NCBI GenBank assembly: GCA_018381885.1
Contig: JAGZRA010000011.1
Location: forward strand, 25,294-89,293
From: Haemophilus parainfluenzae
Lineage (GTDB): Bacteria; Pseudomonadota; Gammaproteobacteria; Enterobacterales; Pasteurellaceae
Direction of reading: 5' to 3'
Length of the DNA: 64,000 bases
Position numbers and translations under genes: made by a program. Shown piece after piece: positions 30,838 to 42,152 of this stretch. Positions within the stretch are counted from its first letter, which is position 1; every line of letters starts with the position of its first letter. The notes under the pieces are model-generated. The model saw nothing but the letters and a program-made list of their open reading frames with translations, was not told where the DNA came from and searched no databases.

Positions 30838-31746
30838 TTACACTTCTTCTGCAGGGAAGACAAATGGATTTAATCCACTGCGTGCAAAGCCTTTTTCTTC
30901 CATTTCAATATCTAAGAAAATTGATGCTAAATCATCAGCCACTGCCTCAACATTAGGATCTTTTTCTTGGAACATGATTTTTAAATAGCTTTGGCAATCG
31001 CCACAGGTTTCCGCACGAACAAGAGCAAGCTCTTCATTTAATGACCACATTTCAAGATTTTTGTGTTCATTACAATTAGTACATTGAGCTCGGACTAAAT
31101 TCCATTCGCTTTCACAAAGGCTACAGTGTAAATAGCGTAAGCCTTGTGATGTGCCGATATGCACCACACTTGCAACAGGAGCAAAACCACAAACAGGGCA
31201 GTAATGCAGGTTATCTGTGCCTTCTTGGCGGCTGTTATGAGGAATTTGTTGAGCCAATTGTAACCAATAAAGAGAAAGTGCAGCCCAGATAAAGACAGCT
31301 TTATCAGTGCTCACTAAATTAAATTCTTGGCTTAAAAGATGAGTAGCCATCTCTTCAAGCTCTTTCTCTGAGGCTTTTTCAAGATTTTCAATAGTAGCAG
31401 TAACCTGTTCATTTGCTTTTGGTTTAATGCTATGTAAAATTTCTTTGAGATATTCAATCCAAATGCCTGATCGTTTAAATGTTTTAGCATTTAACGGCTC
31501 GATTTCATTTAAGTTATCGAATGACTGTTTTTCTAATGGATTTTTTTCAAATACGCTTAATTGGCTTTCCACAACATCTGCAGCAAAGAGTAAATAATCA
31601 GCCAATGGATGATCTTTCGCTAATTCTCTTAAACGTTTTGCACGACGTTGATAAAGATTTTTAGGGTTAGCAAACAAAACAGGTGGAATATCGTATGAAT
31701 TCTTTTTTTGTTTGATTTCGTCTGCAGATAAGATTTTGATACTCAT
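30838..31746 (-). CDS. fdhE: formate dehydrogenase accessory protein FdhE
   Basis: 302 aa; four CxxC pairs (CPVCG...CSLCESEW...CTNC...CGDC). Confidence 0.85.
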   Translation of the reverse strand: MSIKILSADEIKQKKNSYDIPPVLFANPKNLYQRRAKRLRELAKDHPLADYLLFAADVVESQLSVFEKNPLEKQSFDNLNEIEPLNAKTFKRSGIWIEYLKEILHSIKPKANEQVTATIENLEKASEKELEEMATHLLSQEFNLVSTDKAVFIWAALSLYWLQLAQQIPHNSRQEGTDNLHYCPVCGFAPVASVVHIGTSQGLRYLHCSLCESEWNLVRAQCTNCNEHKNLEMWSLNEELALVRAETCGDCQSYLKIMFQEKDPNVEAVADDLASIFLDIEMEEKGFARSGLNPFVFPAEEV

Positions 31747-31771
31747 AATAGTCTCTTAAGTATTGATAAGA

Positions 31772-31802
31772 AAAAGTGCGGTCAATTTTAACCGCACTTT
31801 TT
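31772..31802. terminator. USS inverted-pair terminator downstream of fdxI
   Basis: aaaagtgcggtcaattttaaccgcactttt. Confidence 0.65.
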
Positions 31803-31806
31803 GATT

Positions 31807-32523
31807 TTAGCCATTGATACCTTTAAACAATGCTTTGGTTTTTACTTTTTTACCTTCAGCTTCATTTTCTAGGTCTTCTTCTAGCTTAGGAAGTACTTCC
31901 TCTCGATACCATTTCGGGTGGTGTTTTTTCGCCCAGCGAACTGTTACCCAACCTTCCACGATACCGCGAATAGATCCTTTAATCCAGAATGCCATGTACA
32001 TGTGTACCAAAATACCAGTGAACAACATGAATGCACTTAAAGAGTGAAGGAAAATCGCAAAACGCAATACCGGAATAGAGAAGTAGTGTGAGAAATATTG
32101 ACGCCACATAATGATACCGGTTACAAGTAAAGTGACCATCGCCAAGTTCAATGTCCAGAATAACATTTTTTGACCAAGGTTATACTTGCCGTTATCTGCA
32201 ACAGCGTGCTCATTCCCTTTTAATACTTCAACGATGCCTTTTAGCCAACGAATATCGTTTTTCTCTGGGATGTTGTGATCCCAGTAAAGATAACCGAGGA
32301 AAATAAAGGCAACGAACATAATGATACCAGTGAACGGGTGAATTGCTCGAGCCAGTTGTGGCGTACCTAAAATCTCAGTTAACCACGCAAAATCTGGGAA
32401 GAAGAATGCCACACCAGTGAACATCGTCATAAAGAAGCAGATTACGAGTAACCAGTGGCTAAAACGAGCAGGCGTTCTATGACGAATGATTCGAGTATCA
32501 TTGCTAATCTCAATCTTACTCAT
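31807..32523 (-). CDS. fdxI: formate dehydrogenase-N cytochrome b556 (gamma) subunit
   Basis: Four-TM heme-b protein with conserved His; start set at MSKIEIS (GGAGG SD), overlapping the fdxH stop by 8 nt. Confidence 0.8.
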   Translation of the reverse strand: MSKIEISNDTRIIRHRTPARFSHWLLVICFFMTMFTGVAFFFPDFAWLTEILGTPQLARAIHPFTGIIMFVAFIFLGYLYWDHNIPEKNDIRWLKGIVEVLKGNEHAVADNGKYNLGQKMLFWTLNLAMVTLLVTGIIMWRQYFSHYFSIPVLRFAIFLHSLSAFMLFTGILVHMYMAFWIKGSIRGIVEGWVTVRWAKKHHPKWYREEVLPKLEEDLENEAEGKKVKTKALFKGING

Positions 32524-33448
32524 CTTTGCCTCCTTTTTTATCTTCTTCAAATTCATGGTGATGATCTTCTACATCTTCTTCAACGTTTGGACCTACAGCT
32601 AAGTAGTGAGCGATTTCAGCAAGTGCTAGACCACCCATTGCTACAGCCGCTACCGGTTTCAATACATCTTTCCAAAGGGTGACGGTGAGGTCAACTTTTG
32701 GATCTTTTGGAAGACCAGAATAAAGTTCAGGTTTATCCGCATGGTGTAATACATACATTACGTGTGTACCACCTACGCCTTCAGGGTCGTAGATACCTGC
32801 GTTTTCGTAACCACGTGATTTTAAGTCAGCAACACGTTGTTCTGCGTAGAGTTTCATCTCTTCTTTAGAACCAAAACGAATTGCACCGGTTGGACATGTT
32901 TTCACGCAAGCCGGTTCTTGACCCACAGAAACACGATCCACACAAAGGGTACATTTGTATACGCGGTTGTCTTCTGGGTTCATACGTGGAATGTTGAACG
33001 GACAACCTGCGATACAGTAACCACAACCGATACATTTATCAGATTGGAAATCCACAATACCGTTTGCATATTGGATAATTGCGCCTGGTGCAGGACAAGC
33101 TTTTAAACAGCCTGGTTCTGAACAGTGCATACAACCATCTTTACGGATTAACCATTCTAAACGATCATTTTCTTCAACTTCGTTAAAGCGCATTACCGTC
33201 CATGCTTTTGCATTGAGATCTACTGGGTTATCGTAGATCCCCACACATTGAGCATTAACATCAGAACGGATGTCATTCCACTCTGAACAGCCCACCTGAC
33301 AGGCTTTACAACCGATACAGGTGGATACATCGATTAATTTTGCTACTTCAACTTTATGATCACGCGCTTGAGGTGCTGGTGTTAAACCAGACGTAGCGGA
33401 GACCTTGATAATGTCTTGCGATTGAACGCCTTGACCACTTCCTGCCAT
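32516..33448 (-). CDS. fdxH: formate dehydrogenase-N iron-sulfur (beta) subunit
   Basis: Near-collinear with E. coli FdoH/FdnH ([14 protein letters not shown]...; four Cys clusters [39 protein letters not shown]). Confidence 0.85.
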   Translation of the reverse strand: MAGSGQGVQSQDIIKVSATSGLTPAPQARDHKVEVAKLIDVSTCIGCKACQVGCSEWNDIRSDVNAQCVGIYDNPVDLNAKAWTVMRFNEVEENDRLEWLIRKDGCMHCSEPGCLKACPAPGAIIQYANGIVDFQSDKCIGCGYCIAGCPFNIPRMNPEDNRVYKCTLCVDRVSVGQEPACVKTCPTGAIRFGSKEEMKLYAEQRVADLKSRGYENAGIYDPEGVGGTHVMYVLHHADKPELYSGLPKDPKVDLTVTLWKDVLKPVAAVAMGGLALAEIAHYLAVGPNVEEDVEDHHHEFEEDKKGGKDE

Positions 33449-33449
33449 A

Positions 33450-36400
33450 TTATGCCTCCGCTTTCTCAATGTTTACCAAGAATGTTTTATATTCTGGTGT
33501 TTGAGTGACTGCTTCACCCCAAGATGGTGTTAAGGTGTTGGTGGAGAAACCACGATTACCTTTACCATTTAAGGCTTTCATGTTCCAGTGAATTGGAATA
33601 CCCACGTGATGTACGGTACGTCCGTCGACTTCTAAATCTTTCAAACGTTTTGTTACCACTGCAACGGCTTTAATGTAGCCACGGCGAGAAGTAATTTTTA
33701 CCATATCACCTTTTTGGATGCCTTTTTCTGCTGCTAATTTTTCACCAATTTCCACGAATTGTTGAGGTTGGGCGATGATATTTAACGCAGATTGAGCAGT
33801 CCAACTGTGGAAGTGCTCGGTCAAACGATAAGTGGTTGCCACATAAGGGAAATCTTTGTTTGAACCGATAAATTCACGGTCTTCTTTATAAATACGAACA
33901 GTCGGATCAGAGACGACACTTGGGTGTAGTGGGTTAGTGTCAATCGGACTTTCAATTGGTTCATAGTGTTCAGGCATAGGACCATTCACAATTTTATCTA
34001 CAGCGAATAGACGGCCAACACCTTCTGCAGACATAATAAATGGACCTGCATCAGAACCTGGTGGTTGTGTGCCATAGTCAGCTACATCTAACCAGTTCCA
34101 GTTTTTACCGTTCCATTTGATTAATTGACGGTGTTTATCCCAAGGATTACCGTTAATATCAAGTGAAGCACGACTGTAAAGGATACGACGGTTTGCCGGC
34201 CATGCGAAGCCCCAACCTAATGTACAACCTAAACCTGATGGGTCAGAGTTGTCACGGTTTGCGGTTTGGTTACCTTTTTCAGTCCATTGACCCACATAGA
34301 TCCAGTTACCTGATGAGGTTGTACCGTCATCACGTAAGTGAGCGAATCCGTTAAGTAATTGACCTTTTTTATACATGACGTTGCCATCAGCATCGAGAAG
34401 ATCAGCAAGCGCGTAACCATTCAATTCTTTCGCTAATTCTACTGAGCTTGGTGAATGCGGTTGAGCATAGTTCCAAGTCATCGCTTCGAAAGATTCGATA
34501 CCACGACCACCTTCTTTTTGATAAAGGTGATGCATTTCTTCACGAATCATAGAAAGAATTTCAACATCTGGTAACGCTTCACCTGGTTGGTCACAACCTT
34601 TCCAGTGCCATTGAGCCCAACGACCAGAGTTGGCAATCGAACCATCTTCTTCTGCGAAACAGGTCGTTGGTAAACGGAATACTTCAGTTTGAATGTCTGC
34701 TGGATTCACATTGTTTGATTCACCAAAGTTTTTCCAGAATTCAGAAGATTCAGTTTGAAGCGGATCCATTACGATTAAGTATTTCAATTTGCTCATACCC
34801 GCAACAGTTTTGTTTTTGTTCGGTAATGAGTTTAATACGTTGAAACCTTGTAAAATCCAACCGTTCAATTTGCCATCATTCATTAACTTAACATGAGTGA
34901 TAGGGTCGTATAAGCGGTCTGCTTTTGGTAAGAAATCGAAACCCCAACCATTTTCTTTGGTTGCTTTATCACCATAGAACGTTTTCATCATACTCACGAA
35001 GAATTTCGAGGTATTACGATAGTAGTTCACTTGATTTGGTACGATATCTTTTGGCGTAATCGCATTAATGTATTGTTCGTAAGACGTATCTTTGTCATTT
35101 GGTAAACGCATATAACCAGGTAAAGACATCGGCAATAAGCCCATATCTGTTGTACCTTGTACGTTTGAGTGTCCACGTAATGCATTAATACCGCCTCCTG
35201 GCATCCCCATATTACCTAAGAGTAATTGGATCATTGCCATTGAACGAATATTTTGTGTACCGATTGTATGCTCAGTAAAGCCTAACGCATATAAGTGCGT
35301 CATGGTTTTATTTGGTGCAGAGGTTTTACCAATTTCTTCACAGATTTGTAAGAAGAGTTTTTGCTTAACGCCTGTAATACGTTCAACTATTTCTGGGGTA
35401 TAGCGAGAAACGTGATCTTTCAAGATATTAATTACACAACGTGGATCTTGTAAGGTCATATCACGTTTAGCATTACCATTTTCATCAAATTGGTAATTCC
35501 ATTTAGATTTATCGTAAGTACGTTTTTCTTCATCAAAACCTACGAATAAACCATCTTCAAATTTGAAACCTTCATCAACTAAGAATGAAGCATTGGTATA
35601 GTGTTTAACGTATTCGTGTTGAATTTGGTTAGTTTCCAATAAGTAACGGATCACACCCATTAAGAATGCGATATCAGAACCGGAACGAATTGGTGCATGA
35701 AGGTCAGCTACAGAAGCTGTACGGTTAAAGCGAGGGTCAACCACGATGATTTTCGCACCGTTTTTCTTCGCTTCGATCGCCCAACGGAAGCCAACAGGAT
35801 GAGCTTCAGCAGGGTTACCACCTTGAACAATAATAAGATTGGCGTTTTTGATGTCAACCCAGTTGTTTGTCATGGCACCGCGACCAAATGATGGAGCAAG
35901 ACTTGCTACCGTTGGTCCGTGTCAAGTATTCGCTTGGTTACACATCGGCACTATGCCTAACATTCTCACCCATTTTTGAGTAAGAAGTGCGGCTTCATTA
36001 CTCATGGCGGAAGCGGTCATAATACCAGTGGTTGTCCAACGGTTAACAGTTTTGCCACTAGCGTCTTTTTCAACGAAGTTAGCATCACGGTCATCTTTTA
36101 ATAAACGAGAAACGCGTTTGATCGCTTCTTCCCAAGAAAGACGAACCCATTTGTCCGAACCCGGTGCTCGATATTCAGGGTATAATGCACGGCTTTCACT
36201 ATTAACATAGTCTAACGCGCCAGCACCTTTAGGACATAATGCCCCACGGCTTACCGGATGGTCTGGGTCACCTTCAAGGTGGAATAATTTAGAACGGGTA
36301 TTGGTGCCTGTATGGCTGCTTAAAGCATCGTAAGGTTTGCCTGTGCTATATAACAACATACCACAGCTCACTGCACAATATGTACAGGTGTTACGGGATT

Positions 36401-36539
36401 CAAAAGCCCGTAATAATTTGTATTCACGTGGTGCCGCTAAGACAGATGATGGTGCAAAGCCCAACATTGCCGCAGACGTCCCCGCCATACCACCTGCACA
36501 GATCTTAAAGAACTTACGTCTAGAGACCTGCATAATCAC
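33450..36539 (-). CDS. fdxG: formate dehydrogenase-N catalytic (alpha) subunit, selenocysteine-containing; in-frame TGA at 35922..35924
   Basis: The track splits this into 205-aa and 807-aa ORFs at a TGA. The junction reads ...[29 protein letters not shown], as in E. coli FdnG U196. There is an N-terminal Tat signal SRRKFFK. Total is about 1013 aa. Confidence 0.85.
35876..35921 (-). promoter_or_regulatory. SECIS-like hairpin immediately 3' of the fdxG UGA
   Basis: mRNA UGA CAC GGACCAA CGGU AGCAAG UC UUGCU CCAUCAU UUGGUC forms nested stems starting just after the UGA. Confidence 0.5.
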
Positions 36540-36808
36540 TCCTTCATAACGGCGAACCGTTAAGATATTTCGATAGTATAAATTCGTATAGATAATTTAT
36601 TTGATTTCGTTAAAATAACGTATCAACCATTAAATTGATTATAACAATGACCAATTTAAACGGAGCTGATTTTAACTATTTTTTAACCGAAAATCTATAA
36701 TCAAAACTTGTTATAATCGCTTTAAAACTTGAGCTAGATCACAAAACAAACATTTTTTGTTAAAAAAAAGTAACATTTTTACAACAGTCATTTTATTGGG
36801 AAAAAATA

Positions 36809-37618
36809 ATGCACTGGATAATCCAAAAAACAATTAATTTTTTTAAAAAAACATCTGAAAATCCGACCTCACTTTTAGTGGAAAAACAAGATAGTTTGGC
36901 TGCGGAAGTCCCTGTTTCACTTGTCTATAATGGTATTGCACATACCGTCATGATGTGCTCTCCGCAAGATTTAGAGGATTTTGCTTTAGGCTTTTCATTA
37001 GCGGAAGGCATTATTGAGAAAAAAGCGGATATTTATGGCATTGATGTGGTGGAAGTATGCAATGGCATTGAAGTGCAAATTGAATTATCTAGCCGTCAAT
37101 TTATGGCATTAAAAGATCATCGCCGTACATTAACAGGTAGAACAGGATGTGGCATTTGCGGCACAGAACAAATCTCACAAGTTTATAAAAAATTGCCGAA
37201 ATTAGACCGCACTTTCCAATTTAATTTAAATTTATTAGATGGCTGTTTAGAACAATTACAAGCTAATCAAGAACTCGGGAAAGAAACAGGTGCAACACAT
37301 GCTGCGGCTTTTTTTGATTTATCCGGCAATTTACTGGCGATTCGAGAGGATGTCGGGCGGCATGTAGCGCTAGATAAGTTAATCGGCTGGCATGCTAAAC
37401 AGGATCAACCGCAAGGATTTGTACTTGTTTCAAGCCGAGCCAGTTATGAAATGGTTCAAAAATCGGTCGCTTGTGGTATCGAGTTACTTGTCGCGATTTC
37501 TGCTGCGACAGATCTTGCTGTCAATATGGCTGAACAACACAATCTTTCCCTTATCGGCTTTGCTCGCCCAGGAAAAGCCAATATTTATTCTGGGAAAGAG
37601 CGGTTGGTTTTAGCTTAA
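36809..37618 (+). CDS. fdhD: formate dehydrogenase accessory sulfurtransferase FdhD
   Basis: 269 aa; Cys loop GRTGCGICG. Confidence 0.85.
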   Translation: MHWIIQKTINFFKKTSENPTSLLVEKQDSLAAEVPVSLVYNGIAHTVMMCSPQDLEDFALGFSLAEGIIEKKADIYGIDVVEVCNGIEVQIELSSRQFMALKDHRRTLTGRTGCGICGTEQISQVYKKLPKLDRTFQFNLNLLDGCLEQLQANQELGKETGATHAAAFFDLSGNLLAIREDVGRHVALDKLIGWHAKQDQPQGFVLVSSRASYEMVQKSVACGIELLVAISAATDLAVNMAEQHNLSLIGFARPGKANIYSGKERLVLA

Positions 37619-37684
37619 GTTTTATCTATTAAAAAGTGCGGCCAAAAACATTCTTATTTTTGACTGCACTTTTTTTTATTCCGT

Positions 37685-38698
37685 TTATTCTTTTGGCGAT
37701 TTACCCTCTAAGAGTACTTCAGAAACCCAACGTTGAGTCAGGCGTTTGCCTTCTTGATCTGTACCAAATTTCATAAAATCAATATCCACCAGTTTTAATT
37801 TGCTAGCAGGTAGGAAACCTGGTGCAGGTTCTGCATGGATATTGGTTGGAAGTTGATAAGAATCTGATTCTTTCCATGGAATTTCTTGGGCTTCTTTGCT
37901 TAGCACAAAATCCATAAACAGTTTGGCATTATCAAGATTTCTAGCTCCTTTAATGATGCTTGCCCCGCCTAAAGAATAGCCCACGCCTTCGCATGGTAAA
38001 ATGCCTTCAACTGGTGCACCATTTTTCTTCTCACGCGGATAAACCAACATAAAACCTAAATCAATCGCCACGGTACCGTTAGCCAAATAGTTGCTGGCAA
38101 GGCCTGTTTTGGTATGTTGCATGAGATTTGGTTCTAGTTTCTTCAGATAGTCAAAGGCTTTTTCTTCTCCCCATAATGTGGAAAAAGTACTGATAAGTGA
38201 GTAACCAGTACCGGAAACACGAGGGTCAGGGTATTGAATGTAACCTTTATATTCTGGTTTTATCAAGTCTGCATAGCATTTTGGGGTAGGAATATTTAAT
38301 TCTTTCAATTTTTTAGTATTGACCCCAATACCTAGTTCCATTAAGTAAATCACAGAAGTGAAATTACCGCGTTGATCCATTAAAGATTTAAATTGTGGCA
38401 TGATGTCTTTTTGTAATGGGGAACGATAGGATTCAAGCAAGCCTAACTCTGCGGCTTGAAGATGGGGTTCAATGGTGCCACCAAACCAGAAATCAGCTTG
38501 TGGGTTTTCTTTTTCAGCTTTAATTTTGCCTAATACGACGCCTGTACTATTACGTACAAATTGTGCATCTACATTGTATTTTTTACTAAAGGCTTGTGCA
38601 ATAGACAGTGAGTTTACCTTCAGCCTGTGCGTGAGATGTGAAGGCGAGAGCCGCAAGGGTAGAAAGTGCGGTTAATTTTAGTGTTGTTTTAATTGACA
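37685..38698 (-). pseudogene. AfuA/FbpA-family ABC substrate-binding protein gene disrupted by a ~32-bp deletion and frameshift after the signal peptide
   Basis: MSIKTTLKLTALSTLAALAFTSHAQAEGKLTVYC runs into a stop. The mature body continues in another frame (...AQAFSKKYNVDAQFVRNSTG...). The two intact paralogs at 48759 and 49936 keep a ~10-residue spacer here (SATNILCETTT / SAQNTMCEQET). Confidence 0.65.
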
Positions 38699-38814
38699 TT
38701 GTGTCTCCTTTAACTTCGTCAATATTTAGTAATTATTTGATATTGCTAATATAAAGGGGAGGAGTAAATTTGTAAATATCAGGTTGTTTAAAAATATAAT
38801 TTCCACTATAATCC

Positions 38815-38830
38815 CTGTAAATTTAACCAG
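38815..38830 (+). promoter_or_regulatory. candidate LexA (SOS) box upstream of uvrD
   Basis: CTGtaaatttaacCAG fits CTG-N10-CAG with an AT-rich spacer, 16 bp before the uvrD ATG. Confidence 0.45.
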
Positions 38831-38845
38831 ATTAAAATAAGAGCG

Positions 38846-41023
38846 ATGGATATTTCAGAATTACTTGATGGCTTGAATGATAAACAACGTGAAGCAGTGG
38901 CAGCACCACTTGGTAATTACCTTGTGCTTGCTGGTGCAGGAAGTGGTAAAACTCGTGTATTGACTCATCGTATTGCTTGGTTGATTGCCGTAGAAAATAT
39001 TTCTGAAGGCAGCATTATGGCGGTAACCTTTACCAATAAAGCCGCTGCTGAAATGCGCCATCGTATTCAAGATACCTTATCTAAACATTCTCAATCGAAT
39101 CTATTTGGTATGTGGATTGGCACATTCCATAGCATTGCCCATCGATTATTACGCGCTCACCATTTAGATGTAAACTTGCCACAAGATTTCCAGATTTTGG
39201 ATTCTGAAGACCAACTTCGTTTAGTAAAACGCTTGATGAAATTGCACAATTATGATGATAAAGCATTTCCACCCAAACAAGCGTGCTGGTATATCAATAA
39301 TAAAAAAGATGAAGGTTTAAGACCGCAAGATATTAATGATTTTGGTGATCGTCAGGAAAAAGAGTGGATTAAGATTTATCAAATTTATCAAGATACTTGT
39401 GATCGTGCAGGCTTGGTGGATTTTGCTGAATTGTTAATTCGTGCGTATGAATTATTTGCTAAAAAGCCTGTGATTTTGCAACGCTATCAGCAACGTTTTC
39501 AGCACATTTTGGTGGATGAGTTTCAAGATACCAATAAAATCCAATATGCCTGGATCAAAATTCTTGCCGGTAATACGGGTAAAGTGATGATTGTGGGCGA
39601 TGATGACCAATCCATTTATGGATGGCGTGGTGCGCAAGTCGAAAATATTCAAAAATTCCTAAAAGATTTCAACGCTGAAACTATTCGTTTGGAGCAAAAT
39701 TATCGTTCTACCGGCAATATTCTGAAAAGTGCCAACCAACTTATTTCGAATAATAGTGATCGCCTCGGTAAGAATTTATGGACCGACGGTGAAATGGGGG
39801 AGCCAGTAGGTATTTATGCAGCATTTAATGAATTAGATGAGGCAAAATTTGTGGCGTCTCAAATCCAAAATTGGGTAGATGACGGTGGGAAATTAGATGA
39901 TTGTGCTGTTTTATATCGTAGTAATAGCCAATCTCGTGTTATTGAAGAAGCCTTGATTCGTTGCCAAATTCCTTATCGGATTTATGGCGGGATGCGATTT
40001 TTCGAACGCCAAGAAATTAAAGATGCATTGGCGTATTTACGCTTAATTAATAATCGTCAAGATGACGCCGCGTTTGAACGTGTGATTAATACGCCTACGC
40101 GTGGTATTGGTGATCGTACTTTAGATGTGTTACGAAATTTAACCCGTGAACGTCAAATAACCTTATGGCAAGCAGTGCAAGTGGCCACACAAGAAAATAT
40201 GCTAACGGGACGCGCTTCAACCGCATTGCTTCGTTTCCAAGAGTTGATTAATTCTTTACAGGTGGATACAGCCGAAATGCCACTGTTTGCACAAACTGAT
40301 TTCGTGATTAAACATTCTGGCTTATACGATATGTATAAACAGGAAAAAGGCGAGAAAGGTGAAGTACGTATTGAAAACTTAGAAGAATTGGTGACGGCAA
40401 CCCGAGAATTTATCAAACCTGATGAAGCAGAGGATATGACCGATCTTACCGCCTTTTTAACTCATGCTTCTTTAGAAGCGGGAGAAGAGCAGGCTTCACC
40501 GCATCAATCTTGTGTGGAAATGATGACCTTACACTCAGCAAAAGGCTTGGAATTTCCGCGCGTATTTATGGTGGGGGTAGAAGAGGGCGTATTCCCAAGT
40601 TTCCGTTCATTTGAAGAGCCTGGTCGTTTGGAGGAAGAACGCCGTCTTGCTTATGTGGGCATTACTCGAGCGAAGCAAAAACTTACTATTTGTTATGCTG
40701 AAAGTCGTCGTGTTTACACGAAAGAAGAACGCCATTTACCTTCGCGTTTTATTGCAGAATTGCCATCAGAGTGCATTCAAGAAATCCGTTTACGCGGAAC
40801 AGTCACCCGAGCATTAAACCAAGCGAAAGTAGGGAGTTTAAGCACGAGTTTGCCAGAAAATGAATGGAAAATGGGGCAAAAAGTGAAACATGAAAAGTTT
40901 GGTTTTGGCACTGTTATAAACGTTGAAGGCTCAGATAATAACACCCGTTTACAAATTGCTTTCCAAGCTCAAGGAATTAAGTGGTTGATTGCACATTTGG
41001 CAAAATTAGAAAAAGTGCGGTAG
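38846..41023 (+). CDS. uvrD: DNA helicase II
   Basis: 725 aa; Walker A AGAGSGKT and the helicase motifs. Confidence 0.9.
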   Translation: MDISELLDGLNDKQREAVAAPLGNYLVLAGAGSGKTRVLTHRIAWLIAVENISEGSIMAVTFTNKAAAEMRHRIQDTLSKHSQSNLFGMWIGTFHSIAHRLLRAHHLDVNLPQDFQILDSEDQLRLVKRLMKLHNYDDKAFPPKQACWYINNKKDEGLRPQDINDFGDRQEKEWIKIYQIYQDTCDRAGLVDFAELLIRAYELFAKKPVILQRYQQRFQHILVDEFQDTNKIQYAWIKILAGNTGKVMIVGDDDQSIYGWRGAQVENIQKFLKDFNAETIRLEQNYRSTGNILKSANQLISNNSDRLGKNLWTDGEMGEPVGIYAAFNELDEAKFVASQIQNWVDDGGKLDDCAVLYRSNSQSRVIEEALIRCQIPYRIYGGMRFFERQEIKDALAYLRLINNRQDDAAFERVINTPTRGIGDRTLDVLRNLTRERQITLWQAVQVATQENMLTGRASTALLRFQELINSLQVDTAEMPLFAQTDFVIKHSGLYDMYKQEKGEKGEVRIENLEELVTATREFIKPDEAEDMTDLTAFLTHASLEAGEEQASPHQSCVEMMTLHSAKGLEFPRVFMVGVEEGVFPSFRSFEEPGRLEEERRLAYVGITRAKQKLTICYAESRRVYTKEERHLPSRFIAELPSECIQEIRLRGTVTRALNQAKVGSLSTSLPENEWKMGQKVKHEKFGFGTVINVEGSDNNTRLQIAFQAQGIKWLIAHLAKLEKVR

Positions 41024-41132
41024 AATCGGGAGGATTTTATTGCAACGAGTATGAATATTGATGTTTATGCTCAAGGTGCCAAGTGCGAAAGCATTCGAAG
41101 AAATGACCGCACTTTTATCATGTGGGAAGTAG

Positions 41133-42152
41133 ATGTTTAAATTTATTTTAAAACGTATTTTGATGGTGATTCCTACCTTTATCGCCATCACTTTTGTGAC
41201 TTTTGCGCTCATTCATTTTATTCCGGGGGATCCCGTGGAGATCATGATGGGAGAGCGAGGTTTAACGCCAGAAGTTCATCAACAAATGATGAAACAACTT
41301 GGTCTCGATTTACCGTTGTATCAGCAATATTTCAATTATATTGGTAATGTAATACAAGGCGATTTTGGTGAATCATTCCGTACTCAACAACCTGTTCTGA
41401 CTGAGTTTTTCACACTTTTCCCTGCCACGTTTGAATTGGCTTTCTTTGCACTATTTTGGTCATTAATTGCCGGCATTACGCTAGGAACGATTGCTGCCGT
41501 CAAGAAAGATAGCTGGATTTCTCATACCGTGACAGCTATGTCATTAACGGGTTATTCCATGCCAATTTTCTGGTGGGGATTAATTTTGATCTTATATGTT
41601 TCACCTTGGTTAGATTTACCACAAGGGGGACGTTTAGAAGACAGTTTCTGGATCGATACACCAACCGGTTTTATGTTAATCGATACTTGGCTTTCAGGCG
41701 TGCCAGGCGCCTTTGTAAATGCCATTAAGTCATTGATTCTACCATCTATTGTACTAGGTACCATTCCACTTGCGGTGATTACCCGAATGACACGTTCTTC
41801 GATGTTGGAAGTGTTAGGTGAAGATTATATTCGTACAGCGAAAGCCAAAGGCTTAAGTTATACCCGAATTGTGATTGTTCATGCGCTACGTAATGCACTG
41901 ATCCCTGTTGTGACCGTGGTGGGATTGATTGTAGGACAGTTATTATCCGGTGCAGTTTTAACCGAAACAATTTTCTCATGGCCGGGTATTGGTAAATGGA
42001 TTATTGATGCGATTTCTAATCGTGATTATCCAGTCTTACAAGGCGCTGTGTTGATTATCGCTACAATTATTATTGTGGTGAATTTGACGATCGATTTACT
42101 TTATGGCGTGGTAAACTTTGGTTTTATTTCAAACAAAATAAAGGGGCGGTGA
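41133..42152 (+). CDS. dppB: dipeptide ABC transporter permease DppB; extreme C-terminus altered
   Basis: Near-collinear with E. coli DppB (IRTAKAKGLSYTRIVIVHALRNALIPVVTV). After LLYGVVN the frame runs into dppC-derived sequence ([11 protein letters not shown]). Confidence 0.8.
   Translation: MFKFILKRILMVIPTFIAITFVTFALIHFIPGDPVEIMMGERGLTPEVHQQMMKQLGLDLPLYQQYFNYIGNVIQGDFGESFRTQQPVLTEFFTLFPATFELAFFALFWSLIAGITLGTIAAVKKDSWISHTVTAMSLTGYSMPIFWWGLILILYVSPWLDLPQGGRLEDSFWIDTPTGFMLIDTWLSGVPGAFVNAIKSLILPSIVLGTIPLAVITRMTRSSMLEVLGEDYIRTAKAKGLSYTRIVIVHALRNALIPVVTVVGLIVGQLLSGAVLTETIFSWPGIGKWIIDAISNRDYPVLQGAVLIIATIIIVVNLTIDLLYGVVNFGFISNKIKGR

Noticed and set aside
35697-35891. Plus-strand 64-aa ORF overlapping the fdxG selenocysteine region, and the many 60-120-aa antisense ORFs in the track (e.g. 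372..725, 1343..1747, 3526..3786, 8804..9046, 21562..21828, 62258..62997)
   Set aside because: All lie inside well-supported genes on the opposite strand or in another frame. They have no SD and no conservation signal, as expected for spurious ORFs in AT-rich DNA.
36540-36808. FNR or NarP sites in the fdxG/fdhD divergent promoter
   Set aside because: The best TTGAT-N4-ATCAA candidates match only 7-8/10, and this region is extremely AT-rich, so chance matches are expected. I did not call a site.
37631-37675. Imperfect USS-like pair aagtgcggcc...gactgcactt after fdhD as a terminator
   Set aside because: The stem is only about 5 bp with a 25-nt loop; too weak to call confidently.
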